The notes under the pieces were generated by a model. That model made no database searches. It saw only the letters and a program-made list of their open reading frames with translations, and was not told the origin of the DNA. From Abditibacteriaceae bacterium (lineage in GTDB: Bacteria; Armatimonadota; Abditibacteriia; Abditibacteriales; Abditibacteriaceae): a DNA stretch of 63,440 bases. The translations under genes and the position numbers were made by a program. This document shows, piece after piece, positions 19,620-29,811 of this stretch. How positions within the stretch are numbered: the stretch's first letter is position 1; each line of letters opens with the position of its first letter. Location of the stretch: positions 1 through 63,440 of the forward strand of contig JANMKN010000032.1 in assembly GCA_031372065.1 (NCBI GenBank), given 5' to 3'.

Positions 19620-20846
19620 ATGTCCAAAAGAATGGTGTTGGTGCTGCTGGCGATCGGTTTGGGCCTCTCTACAAATGCCTTGGCTGCGCCCAAAGGCGCC
19701 GTTTTAGAGGCTCAAGGCGTGGCGCTGAACGCCGCCGGCAAAACTCACGAAGCGGGCGACGCCTACGAGGCCGCAGCCAAGGCTTACTCCGCCGAAGGAA
19801 ATCAAGGCGCGGCGGCCAAGGCCTATGGCAAAGCCTCAGAACTCTTTGAAAAAGAAGCCGCTGCCCTGCTCAAAGAGCTTGACAAGCCCAAAGTGGCCAG
19901 GCCCGCACTGCCTGCTCATCCTGCCCCACCCACAACACTTGCTGCTCCGGTTACGGCCTCCATCAAATCAGTGACGCTGCCGCCACTGATGCCCAAAGCA
20001 GACCATATCGTGGGTCGTGTCATCGATGAAATGGGCGGCACAGTCCCCAATTTCACAATTAAATATTCCGGTTTTGAAGATGGCAAACCCATCTACAATC
20101 ATATGGAAAACGTGGGCGCTGATGTTAAATGCGGCGGTGGAACCTTCGCAATCAAAGTGCCGCCGGGCGCTTACCGTGTTTCGGCTTACGTGACTTACGT
20201 TTATCATGGCCGCACTTACAACTTTGAAGCTGAGCCGCTGAACCCACCAACAAAGCATGACTTCAACAGCCTCGGTTTGGATTACCTGAAACGTGGTTTG
20301 GTGCGCGATTTCGTGCTCAAAATGACCGCCAAAAAAACGGGTGCCTCGGAGGAAACCGAATCCGTTTATCGCAACGCCTACTACGGCGGCCTCCTCTATT
20401 TCGACTGTGGGCAGGTCGAACGGATTTTAGGAGGCGGCCACACCTTCACGCCGCCGCTGGCCGGTGTGGTAGGAACCGCCTACCCGCCTGATTCCCGGCT
20501 GCAAATCACTCTGACGCCACAAGGAGCGATGGTAGATGGCTCCGCAGGCCATATCTTTATAGCCGACCTGCGCCTGGGCGATTCAGGAACATACCAGTTC
20601 TGTAAGCGCGGCATTTTCCCCGGTGTTTACAGCGCCACGGCACTTTTAAAAACCCCGACCGGAGAAACAGTGCCGCTACGCCTGTCGCTGACGCGGGCGC
20701 GCACCATCCTCAAAGGATCGGCGGACGGCTATGACATGCTGGTCATGGACTGGAAACCGTCGCTCACCGTCGATTTTCTCCCCAGTGACATTGGCCCTAT
20801 ACCGCGTTACGGAGTAAAAGCTATCGAGTTGTTTCTGGGCAAGTGA
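19620..20846 (+). CDS. Secreted hypothetical protein: Ala-rich helical N-terminus, Pro linker, beta-sandwich domains
   Basis: 408 aa; signal peptide ending ALA; AAGGA RBS; VPPGAYRVSA. Confidence 0.7.
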   Translation: MSKRMVLVLLAIGLGLSTNALAAPKGAVLEAQGVALNAAGKTHEAGDAYEAAAKAYSAEGNQGAAAKAYGKASELFEKEAAALLKELDKPKVARPALPAHPAPPTTLAAPVTASIKSVTLPPLMPKADHIVGRVIDEMGGTVPNFTIKYSGFEDGKPIYNHMENVGADVKCGGGTFAIKVPPGAYRVSAYVTYVYHGRTYNFEAEPLNPPTKHDFNSLGLDYLKRGLVRDFVLKMTAKKTGASEETESVYRNAYYGGLLYFDCGQVERILGGGHTFTPPLAGVVGTAYPPDSRLQITLTPQGAMVDGSAGHIFIADLRLGDSGTYQFCKRGIFPGVYSATALLKTPTGETVPLRLSLTRARTILKGSADGYDMLVMDWKPSLTVDFLPSDIGPIPRYGVKAIELFLGK

Positions 20847-20871
20847 ACAAAAATGCACCGCCAAGAGCACC

Positions 20872-22086
20872 TCAAGCAACCAAACGCGCCGCGTCGCGGG
20901 CGATGATGATTTCTTCGTCAGTGGGAATGACCCATATTTGCACGCGCGAATTTTCGGCATGAATTGAGCGTTCAGCAGGGCCAGGATTGTTTTTCGCTTC
21001 GTCTAATTGCGCGCCCAAACATCCTAAATCGCGGCACACAGCAGCGCGCACGGCAACCGAATTTTCGCCGATGCCACCCGTGAATGTGATGGCGTCCACG
21101 CCGTTCATTTGCAGATAATACGCGCCGATATAATGGCGGATTTTGTGACAAAACACATCGAAAGCGAGTTTGGCGCGCTCGTGGCCCGCGTTCATCGCTT
21201 CTTCAATGTCGCGCATATCGCCGGACGCGATGCCGCTGATGCCTTTAAGACCCGATTCCTTAATTTCAATGCGATTATATTCCTGCGGTGAAAGGCTCAA
21301 GCGCTGCGAGACGTAATTGACTGCGCCTGCATCGTAGTCGCCGGGGCGTGTGGACATCATTGTTCCACTTTGCGGCGTCAGGCCGGACGCGATATTTTGG
21401 CTTTTGCCATCTTGCACACAAGCTACCGAAGTGCCACTACCCAAGTGACACAAAATAATTTTGCCTTTGTTGGGCGCACCCATCAGTTCAGCGCAACGCG
21501 CGGAAACATAGCGATGGCTGCACGAATGAAAACCATAACGCCGCACGCCGAGTTCCTGTTGCCATTCGTAAGGTAGGCCGTAGGTGTAGGCTTCAGGCGC
21601 GACGGTATGATGAAACCCGGTTTCGTAGCTGGCCGTTTGGGGCACACTGGGCAGAATTTTTTGGAAAATTTCGATACCCGTCAAACTCGGCGGATTGTGC
21701 ACAGGCGCTAAAGCCACCATTTCTCGGATGACGCCAATTTCTCGTTCGCCGAGCAGCGAGCAATCGCCGAGTTTCATACCATCGTGCGCGATTTTATGGC
21801 CGACAACGTTGATTTCATTCAATGTTTTCAACGCGCCATGTTCGGGCGAAACCAACTGTTCGCACATCCAATGAATGGCATTGTGATAATCGGGCGAAGG
21901 CAGTTCGGCGCGAATTTCTAAGTCGCGTTCGGGCAATTTATGGCGACACAAGCCACTTTGCCCGCCTAAGCGGTCAACATGGCCGACAGCCAAAACGCGC
22001 GTGGCCTTTTCGGCTTCGGGCATGGCATACAACTTGTATTTAAACGTGGCGCCGCCACAATTTACAACGAGAACAATTAAGGACAT
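20872..22086 (-). CDS. ackA: Acetate/propionate kinase family protein (divergent motifs)
   Basis: [32 protein letters not shown]. Confidence 0.88.
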   Translation of the reverse strand: MSLIVLVVNCGGATFKYKLYAMPEAEKATRVLAVGHVDRLGGQSGLCRHKLPERDLEIRAELPSPDYHNAIHWMCEQLVSPEHGALKTLNEINVVGHKIAHDGMKLGDCSLLGEREIGVIREMVALAPVHNPPSLTGIEIFQKILPSVPQTASYETGFHHTVAPEAYTYGLPYEWQQELGVRRYGFHSCSHRYVSARCAELMGAPNKGKIILCHLGSGTSVACVQDGKSQNIASGLTPQSGTMMSTRPGDYDAGAVNYVSQRLSLSPQEYNRIEIKESGLKGISGIASGDMRDIEEAMNAGHERAKLAFDVFCHKIRHYIGAYYLQMNGVDAITFTGGIGENSVAVRAAVCRDLGCLGAQLDEAKNNPGPAERSIHAENSRVQIWVIPTDEEIIIARDAARLVA

Positions 22087-22149
22087 GAGAGCAGTTTTAA
22101 CAGGAAGATAGTTTCATTTCATCCGAATACGGTTAAAATTAAATGTCTA

Positions 22150-22854
22150 TTGTCGAAAATGCTTTTAAAGACAGCCAAAAAAACCGCCTTCACACTCATC
22201 GAATTACTTGTCGTCATAGCGATAGTGGCTTTGCTGGCGGCCATTTTGTTTCCGGTTTTTGCCCGCGCGCGCGAAAACGCGCGCAAGTCGTCTTGTTTGA
22301 ATAATACGAAACAAATTGGTGTGGCTTTAACGATGTATGTGCAGGATGCCGACGAAACATATCCACCCGCTTATTATAATGGCGGCGGCATTCCATTGGG
22401 CGCGTGGCTGGAAAATTACAGCCGAAATCGCCAGATTTGGCGTTGTCCCAGCGACGGAGTCAACCGAACGGCTGTGCGGCCCGATTATTTGAATCAAAGC
22501 TACGCGTGGAATTCGTGGTATTTTAACAGCAACAACGGCAAATTTGGCCCTCAATACGTCCCCAAAAAGCTGTCCGACATCAAAAAGGTCGCCGATTTAG
22601 CCGCTGTTTGGGGTTCGTGGGCGGCCAACGGTTTTATCTTCGATCACCCTAACAATCCCGGCATTTGTTCCGAGCCACGCGCCCGCATCGAAGGCAGCCT
22701 CGATTGCGCCAATTCCACTGTGAGCCAAGGCCATCTTGGTGGCGGGAATTTCACTTTCGCCGATGGACACGCGAAATTTATCAACTCCGGCAAAATTATG
22801 GAACAGTTGGCTTTAGCCAACGCCGACCAAAGCAGCTTATTTGGCGAGTTTTAA
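22150..22854 (+). CDS. DUF1559 prepilin-type N-methylation / H-X9-DG domain protein
   Basis: [37 protein letters not shown]. Confidence 0.92.
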   Translation: MSKMLLKTAKKTAFTLIELLVVIAIVALLAAILFPVFARARENARKSSCLNNTKQIGVALTMYVQDADETYPPAYYNGGGIPLGAWLENYSRNRQIWRCPSDGVNRTAVRPDYLNQSYAWNSWYFNSNNGKFGPQYVPKKLSDIKKVADLAAVWGSWAANGFIFDHPNNPGICSEPRARIEGSLDCANSTVSQGHLGGGNFTFADGHAKFINSGKIMEQLALANADQSSLFGEF

Positions 22855-22856
22855 GG

Positions 22857-24185
22857 CTATTTCCGGCTTTCCATACGCTTCAAAAACGTTTCGACGGGCA
22901 AAGTCAGGCCATCTAAAAGCGGATCATCGCCATTGCGTCGCGTAACTTCGCTTTCGTGCCAATCATTCAAGCGCGCCGCCAATTCCTCGCGCATTTGCAA
23001 GTTTTCTTCAGCAAGATTTTGCGTTTCATGCGGGTCGTTTTCCAAATCAAACAAAAGTGGCGCCGTTTCGCGCGCTTTTCCATGAAAATCCGGCAAAGCG
23101 GCGCCGTTTTTATCTTGCAAAATGGGCTGAATAAACTTCCATTTTTCCGTCCGCAAAGCCAGCGAAGCCTGACGTGTCGCTTAGACAGCAAATATTTACT
23201 GTAGCGCCGCGCCTCCATTTAACGCGGGCACGAAACTGCGGCTCGTCATTTCGTAATTAGGTAAAGGCCAACCGGCTAATTCGCAAAGCGTGGGAAAAAT
23301 ATCTTCTGTGGAAACTAAGGCCTTGCTGCTATGCGGCGCCACTTCGGGCACGCGCATTGTCAGCACCACGCGCATGACGGCATCGTAAAGGCCGTGATGA
23401 TCGAAATGAAAACCGCCTTCGCCAAAGGCTTCGCCGTGATCGCTCATCAAAACAAAAATCGTCTCGTCCCACAAATTTTTCGCTTTCAAATGCTCGACTA
23501 AACGCGCGATTTGCGTGTCCACATACGAAATTTCGCCGTCATATTGCGCTACAATCCAGTCATAATCATCTGGATGCTTTAGCTTCATCTCGGCGATAAA
23601 ATTGTCGTAATAAGCGGGTGCGGGTGCTTTGATTTCTTCCACCGAAAAGCGATGACGCCCCGGATGATAATGCATTTCATCAAACGGCGGCGGCGGGCCG
23701 TAAGGCGTGTGCGGGTCCCATAAATGCGCGAACAAAAAGAAGGGTTGCTCGGCCAATTCATCTATAAAACTCAGCGCGCGATGGGTGAGTTCTTCACATT
23801 GATTGCTGAATGGCTTGAACAAAAACGCCGAGTAATAATCGAAGCCGCGCGCCATCCACGAGCCGCGCCCATTGCCTTGCACCGCCAAGTTATCAATGCC
23901 CGCTGTCGCCCAACCACCGCGATGTGCCATTTGCGGCAGGGTGAGCATACTTGGTTTCAAGCGGCGGTCTGTCAGGTGCGCCAAAATGCCGTGCCGATAC
24001 GGATGCTGACCGGTCATCAGCGTGGTAAACGAAGGCGTAGTAGGAATGCCGGGCGCAAAAGCGCGCTCGAAAAGCACGCTTTCTGCGGCCAAAGCATCAA
24101 TATTTGGAGAAGTCGGCAAATCGTAGCCGTAACAGCCCAAATGGTCAGCGCGCAGGCTATCAATGGCGATTAAAACAACGTTCAT
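22857..24185 (-). pseudogene. Sulfatase-like hydrolase interrupted by two in-frame TAA codons
   Basis: ORFs 23196-24185 and 22857-23156 share one frame; junction reads LQ*IFAV*ATRQ; DSLRADH, SDHGE, LFDLENDP motifs. Confidence 0.8.
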
Positions 24186-24262
24186 TGGAGATTGCCTCAG
24201 AGTTGAAACGACATTATAGTCCTATGCGCCATTCTACAAAGTTGCAAGAGTGAAATCCAATT

Positions 24263-25636
24263 TCAATCATCAAGCCAGTCACAAAAGGGCGTATCCAAAC
24301 CACTCGTTGTAAATAAATCTTCTCGTTTACCGGAATTTAAATCCACTTTGATTAAATGCGAAATTCCAGCATCTTTGGAAGTGGAAGCAACTTCTACACT
24401 TAAGAGCAGGCTTTTGCCGTTTGCAATTTTTATCGGAGTAAAATGAGGAATTAAGCGTGTGTCCTCTGGATTTGTTGCTTGACCTTTTTGCTCTAATCTG
24501 GATATTGATTTGAATGCATCCTCTACTGCATCATAAACAGAAAGACGACAAAAAGTGGTCTGCTTGCTATAGGTGTAAAAATTCTCAACTACATAGAGAA
24601 AACGCCCATCTTTCGACCAGAGTAAATCTGGGTATTGCTCGTAAATTCGCTTCACAATTTTGCTTTTCTTCGTATTTCTGTCATACACCGCCAAAGCCAC
24701 ACTTCTAACAGCAAAGCGACCTCCAAAACGCAGTTCTTCCAGATTCTTTTCTTTTTTGCTGGGGTCAATAAACGGCACAAAGACAGCTAAATGTTGGCGA
24801 TTAGGACTCATCAAAGGCCGATAGCCACCTGATTTTATCAGCGTAAGTTTTCCCTTCAGTTCGTTTTCATAGATGTTAGGATAGCCATAATTCTTGGTGT
24901 AATCAGCGTTTTTTGGAAACGCAGAATAGAGTATCGTGTTGTCCGGCGTCCATGAAAAAATTTCGCTGAGCAGGTCTTCGGATAGCATCTTTCCTTTACC
25001 CAGCTCATCAACAACTATCAAACGATAATAAGCTTCGTTCCAAGGTTCCGCTGTCCAAAAGGCATAATAATTCGCATCCGGTGATTCCAAGACACGATTT
25101 CCTGCAAATAAGCGATCCTCTCGTAAAGCACCAGTTTTCTGCTTTAAATCCAACTCATACAGTTGATGCTCTCCAACATCCGTTCCCGCGCGCATCACAT
25201 GAAAGAAGCACTTGCTTTGATTTCTAAATAAAGGGCTAACCATAGGGCCAATAGAGGCTGAATCGTAAGCAGGAAGTTCATAATTTTGCACTTGAATTAT
25301 TTTTCCATCGCTAATTTGGAATATTTGCAAAATCGGCGTGCGCATAGGCGCTGCTTTATTGGCCTTCGCGTTTTGTTGCGTAGTGAGATAACAAATTCTG
25401 CCCGCTAAACCTTCCAAACTACCAATGGACTGAAGTTTCGGAGCAACGGCAGGCTGCTCAGGCAACGCCTTAAATGTGAACCGCTTCCCATAAGCGGGTT
25501 CAGGCTCACTTGCATCCAAAGTTGCCTCATTAAAATGCGTTGAGATACGACGGCCCTGATAGGTCAGAATCAGAAAAATGCTAAGAAGGCAACCAACTAC
25601 GCACCACAAAATTTGTTTTGGTTTAACGCGTTTCAT
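24263..25636 (-). CDS. Membrane-anchored TolB-like beta-propeller hypothetical protein
   Basis: N-terminal TM; SPD, WTPD, SPN, WSKDG blade motifs; visibly AT-richer than neighbours. Confidence 0.6.
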   Translation of the reverse strand: MKRVKPKQILWCVVGCLLSIFLILTYQGRRISTHFNEATLDASEPEPAYGKRFTFKALPEQPAVAPKLQSIGSLEGLAGRICYLTTQQNAKANKAAPMRTPILQIFQISDGKIIQVQNYELPAYDSASIGPMVSPLFRNQSKCFFHVMRAGTDVGEHQLYELDLKQKTGALREDRLFAGNRVLESPDANYYAFWTAEPWNEAYYRLIVVDELGKGKMLSEDLLSEIFSWTPDNTILYSAFPKNADYTKNYGYPNIYENELKGKLTLIKSGGYRPLMSPNRQHLAVFVPFIDPSKKEKNLEELRFGGRFAVRSVALAVYDRNTKKSKIVKRIYEQYPDLLWSKDGRFLYVVENFYTYSKQTTFCRLSVYDAVEDAFKSISRLEQKGQATNPEDTRLIPHFTPIKIANGKSLLLSVEVASTSKDAGISHLIKVDLNSGKREDLFTTSGLDTPFCDWLDD

Positions 25637-25650
25637 AAAGAATCAAGTCA

Positions 25651-26436
25651 TCAATTTAGATTGTAATGCGGCAACAGAGCATCCGGCTCGATTTTGTCGT
25701 GCGGCCTTTGGTAGCGATTATCCGTCGAAACGCGCAGCAAGTTTTCGGTTCCATTCGGCAACGCTTTGTGAATGCAAAAAGAATGAAAAAACAAGGCATC
25801 GCCGAGGCCAAAATCGGTGCAATGCCATTCGGCGGCGCTTTCGTCAACGGGCACGCCGCGCCCGCCAACGGCGCCGGGAATGGTTTCGCTGTGTTCGATA
25901 AAACCGCGCTTATGCGAACCGCGCCAGACGGCCAAATTCCCCAGTTCTATCGGACATTCGCCCAGCGGAATCCAACACGAATAAGTTTCTACGGCGCCGC
26001 GAATGTAAAAGTGATCTTGATGCGCGGGCGTTGTCGCGCCAATGTTGTGCGGAAATGTCACGCGCCCGATGCGACGCGGATGCGTTAGCACCTCGCTTGA
26101 TTCAACATCCAAAATCTTTGCGGCGACTTGGCGCAGCGGCGGCAAATCGGGAAAAGCATGAAAAAGCGGCGTTTTGAGCAGCTTTCGATACATCGCCATG
26201 TAATCGGCCTTCCCTTCGCCCGTTGGCGCGATTCCGGGCCGCATTACGCCTTCCATCAAAGCCGCGTCCGCGTCGAGCCAACCCGCTTGGTCGCATAATT
26301 CCAGCGCGGCGTGGCGCACTTTTAACACTTCATCAGCAGGAACAAGCGCGCGAAAAAACAAGTAGCCGTTTTCCTGCATTTGGGCGCGCAGTTGATCGGC
26401 AGGAGCGGCGAAGTTGGATTCGATGAAAGGTTGCAT
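25651..26436 (-). CDS. Phytanoyl-CoA dioxygenase (PhyH) family protein
   Basis: ENGYLFF, HQD, WIPL, GSH, GDALFFH..H..N...R. Confidence 0.9.
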   Translation of the reverse strand: MQPFIESNFAAPADQLRAQMQENGYLFFRALVPADEVLKVRHAALELCDQAGWLDADAALMEGVMRPGIAPTGEGKADYMAMYRKLLKTPLFHAFPDLPPLRQVAAKILDVESSEVLTHPRRIGRVTFPHNIGATTPAHQDHFYIRGAVETYSCWIPLGECPIELGNLAVWRGSHKRGFIEHSETIPGAVGGRGVPVDESAAEWHCTDFGLGDALFFHSFCIHKALPNGTENLLRVSTDNRYQRPHDKIEPDALLPHYNLN

Positions 26437-26450
26437 AGTTTGCGGCGAAT

Positions 26451-27926
26451 TTATTCGCTGGGCTTCTCCACATAACCGTGCAAAGGTGTGCCGGTGTTTT
26501 CGTCGTGCGCGGTATTGTCGGGCGCTTCGACTGCATCCGATTTCAATTCTTCTTTCAATTCTTCGGGCTTGGGAATATCGGCGGCCACGGCGCCAACGCG
26601 CAAGTGCAAAGGCGTGGCGCCTGCGCCGACGGTTTCGTCTTTGGGCGTGCCGATGCGCGTGCCGCAGCGACTTTGCGCGGCGGCGGGGTCAATTTCGCGC
26701 CCGCTTTCTTGCAAGCGACGCGCGACATAAGCATCCAATTTGGCTTTGAGTTCAGCCACGATTTCAGGATGGCTGGCGGCGATGTTGTTTTGCTCGGTGG
26801 GGTCGGCTTGCAAGTCGAACAATTCCTGCATCGGGCGGCCATGATAATCTTGTTCGATGCTCTGAATAAATTTCCATTGGCCGTTGCGATAAGCGCGCTT
26901 GACTTGCCATGTCGCTTCGCTGAAAAACAGTTCTTCGTAGTTGCCGCGTTGCTCGCCCTTCAAACAGGGCACCAAACTTTGGCCTTCACAGCCCAATAAA
27001 TCGGGCAGACCGGCCAATTCAAAAAAGGTCGGCGCGAAATCGAGGTTTTCGATGAATCCCGGCACGCGATGGCCCGCTTTTAAGGCGCCGGGCCAGTAGA
27101 AAATGGCCGGAATATGAATATCGCCTTCATAGAGGCCGTGATGGTCATAAAAACCCAGTTGCTCGTCGAGAATTTCGCCGTGATCAGCCGTCAGAACCAC
27201 TAATGTTTCGTTTTGAATCGGCTTTAGCGCCTCGAAAACAAGGCGCAATTGGTCGTCCATGTAGCGCGTTTCGGCATCGTAAAGCGCGTTGACGTATTGC
27301 GAATCGGTGATGCCGGGCATCCATTCGTGAAAATACCATTTGAAGGTTTCATCGTTCCACGCGGCGTCCATCGAATGATTGTTCGGGTCATACGGGTCGC
27401 GGTCAGCCGGATAAAAGAGCGGGCGATATTCATGCGGCGGCAAATAGGGCGTGTGCGGATCCCAGTAGTGCAAAAAGAGGAAAAAGGGCTTGTCCTGCGC
27501 TTGCAATTGTTCAATCGCCGCCACAGCCATTTCCGTCACGGGTTCGGCGCGGCGCAAAACTGTCGGGTCGCTTCTGTCCCAGTTTGGCGTGTCATATTGA
27601 TCGAAGCCGCGCGGAAAATGACGGCCCATCGTATCCACGGCGTGAGTGCGCCAGCCGTTTTCCTGAAGCACTTCTTGAATCATCTTGATGTTTTCGTCCA
27701 GCGGCACGCCGCCGCCGATGTTGATGATGTTGTGCGTGATGGCTTCTTTGCCGGTCAGCATCGTCGTAAACGAAGGATGCGTCGGGATATTCGGCGCATA
27801 GCAACGCTCGAAAACGACGCCCTTTTCGGCAATCGAATCAATAAACGGCGAAGTCGGCTTGTCGTAGCCGTAACAACCCAAATGGTCAGCGCGCTGCGTG
27901 TCGAGCGCAATAAAAACGATGTTCAT
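26451..27926 (-). CDS. Sulfatase-like hydrolase
   Basis: DTQRADH, HYWDPH, TADHGE, ELFDLQADP. Confidence 0.9.
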   Translation of the reverse strand: MNIVFIALDTQRADHLGCYGYDKPTSPFIDSIAEKGVVFERCYAPNIPTHPSFTTMLTGKEAITHNIINIGGGVPLDENIKMIQEVLQENGWRTHAVDTMGRHFPRGFDQYDTPNWDRSDPTVLRRAEPVTEMAVAAIEQLQAQDKPFFLFLHYWDPHTPYLPPHEYRPLFYPADRDPYDPNNHSMDAAWNDETFKWYFHEWMPGITDSQYVNALYDAETRYMDDQLRLVFEALKPIQNETLVVLTADHGEILDEQLGFYDHHGLYEGDIHIPAIFYWPGALKAGHRVPGFIENLDFAPTFFELAGLPDLLGCEGQSLVPCLKGEQRGNYEELFFSEATWQVKRAYRNGQWKFIQSIEQDYHGRPMQELFDLQADPTEQNNIAASHPEIVAELKAKLDAYVARRLQESGREIDPAAAQSRCGTRIGTPKDETVGAGATPLHLRVGAVAADIPKPEELKEELKSDAVEAPDNTAHDENTGTPLHGYVEKPSE

Positions 27927-27932
27927 GGTGAA

Positions 27933-27994
27933 GGGGCTGGAGACTGGAGATTAGAGGCTGGGAACTCAGTCCTCAGCCTCTAATCTCCAGTCTC
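27933..27994. repeat. Heptamer-based inverted repeat (GAGACTG/GAGATTA type)
   Basis: gagactggagattagaggctg mirrored by cagcctctaatctccagtctc. Confidence 0.8.
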
Positions 27995-28060
27995 TTGATG
28001 TTCTCTGACAAGGATAAAGCAAATAGAAGGGGCTGTCACCGTTTTAGCAGAGATTGGCTT

Positions 28061-29503
28061 TCAATTCCTGTCGCCGGGCAGTTCCAGGATGGGTTGGCCG
28101 TCTCCATCGGCTAAAATGACCTGCCCACCTTCTTCACTGGCACTCAACACGACGTTGATGGTGCTGCCCGGCCCCGATACGGCCACCTGACCGTAATCTT
28201 CAAGCGTTGTCAAAGTGACGCGTGACACGCCCGAATCGCTGCACAGGTTGACTAAAGCGCCCTGTTCTCCTACGCCCGTTTGCAATTGTCGCGTGCCTTC
28301 GGCATTGTAAAAGTCCATCACGGCACCGAATTCCGTCGCGCGCAGCACGGCTTGCACTTCGCCCTTGTTATCAATGATGGACAGCACGCCACCTTCGGCA
28401 CCATGCTGCAAAGTGGCGACTCCATCCTCGCCGTGACAGATAAAAACGCGTCCGCCATCGTCTGTCGTATCCAGCAACAAGGACGCCTTACCGTCCTTGT
28501 CCATCAGCAAAACCGCGCCGTGATCTTGTTTCGAATGCAGCGAAACCGGCGAAGTGCCGTCTTGCTGGCATAAAATGACGTGTGAGCCAGTGGCGGAACT
28601 GCCAATCACTAATTTCTCGCGATTGGCACCTGTCATCACCAACTGGCCGCTTTGGGCCTCGGCTTGAAGCGAAATGTGTTCAACATCTTGGTTGTCATAC
28701 ATTTTCAAGCTGCCACCGCCGCCACTATACAGCATCACTTCCGGCTTGTGATGGCTCATTAAATCCAGTTTGCCGCCCGATTTGGTGGCTTTGAGATAAA
28801 CCGCGCTTTCTCCCCCATCGCACGCTACAATGCACTGCCCGCCTTGGTCGGTCGCTTGAATCATAATTTGTGGAAGCCTTTGGTCATCGGTAAAAACCAA
28901 AGTGCCGCGCCCATCAATCAAGCCCAACATGGCGCGCGTGCTGCGATTCTCGTCGGTAATAGCCAAAGTCGGGCCACCGGTCGCGTAAGCGAAGAATGAC
29001 AGGCTTTCGCCGTTGGCATCTAAAACTTCCCAACGTCCGCCATTCTCGTCCGAAAATAGCCCACCGCGCACTTCGTTATCCGGCCCATTGACCTGCAACG
29101 CGCCGCCGTCTTCTCTGGCCTCCACCGAAGCCATTACGCGGCCATCGGGCGCTCCGACCATCAGCGCGCCCCGGTCATTTGAGGTCAATAGCATCAAACG
29201 TGGCGCGTCATCGCTGCCCCAAAAGATTAAAGAGCCACCTTCGCCCGCATCGTGACAACTCACAAAAGCATGGCCCTTGGCGTCGCTCATTTGCAAAGCG
29301 CCGCCGTTGCTGGTGACCGTGAACTCCCCGACGACTTCATCGCCGTTTACCAATTCGATGCCGTCCACTTTCAAACGCGCCGGAATATGCTCCTCCGAAA
29401 GCGTCGCGGGCAAGCCCAAAGCGCGCGTAAGCAGCGTCATTTGAGCGCGTAGTTGCGCCACTTCGGTTTCCAAAGCGGCAATGCGTGTCTGGTTTTCGTC
29501 CAT
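28061..29503 (-). CDS. Hypothetical protein: N-terminal coiled coil plus about 19 repeats of about 22 aa
   Basis: Recurring GGxLxxxDxxG pattern; AAGGA RBS before MDENQ. Confidence 0.75.
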   Translation of the reverse strand: MDENQTRIAALETEVAQLRAQMTLLTRALGLPATLSEEHIPARLKVDGIELVNGDEVVGEFTVTSNGGALQMSDAKGHAFVSCHDAGEGGSLIFWGSDDAPRLMLLTSNDRGALMVGAPDGRVMASVEAREDGGALQVNGPDNEVRGGLFSDENGGRWEVLDANGESLSFFAYATGGPTLAITDENRSTRAMLGLIDGRGTLVFTDDQRLPQIMIQATDQGGQCIVACDGGESAVYLKATKSGGKLDLMSHHKPEVMLYSGGGGSLKMYDNQDVEHISLQAEAQSGQLVMTGANREKLVIGSSATGSHVILCQQDGTSPVSLHSKQDHGAVLLMDKDGKASLLLDTTDDGGRVFICHGEDGVATLQHGAEGGVLSIIDNKGEVQAVLRATEFGAVMDFYNAEGTRQLQTGVGEQGALVNLCSDSGVSRVTLTTLEDYGQVAVSGPGSTINVVLSASEEGGQVILADGDGQPILELPGDRN

Positions 29504-29543
29504 GGTTTCCTTTTTATACAGCAAAATGACGCTTCTTAGGCGC

Positions 29544-29746
29544 TGGGATCAGCCATCTTAATCAATAAGACGACTTATCCTGTTTGATAGGATGGTCCGT
29601 CCTAACCCTTAGGACGGCCTGTCCTGACCATTAGGACGGGCCATTCTGTGGTTAAGACGGGCTGTCCTATTCGATAGGACGGACTGTCCTGACCATTAGG
29701 ACAGGTCGTCCCATTGGTTAAGATAGACGATTCTTTTGATTAAGAC
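29544..29746. repeat. 22-bp periodic array TAGGAC-N5-GTCCTR-N5, about 9 units
   Basis: TARGAY starts at 29566, 29588, 29610, 29632, 29653, 29675, 29697, 29719, 29741. Confidence 0.9.
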
Positions 29747-29811
29747 AGTGAACTTTTCTTGTCAATTTGATAATCTAACACAGTGGTTTACTCTATTTAA
29801 AGGAGATTTTT

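Noticed and set aside
23181..23198. Genome-wide TAA reassignment
   Set aside because: atpA, atpE, rph and murA end correctly in TAA
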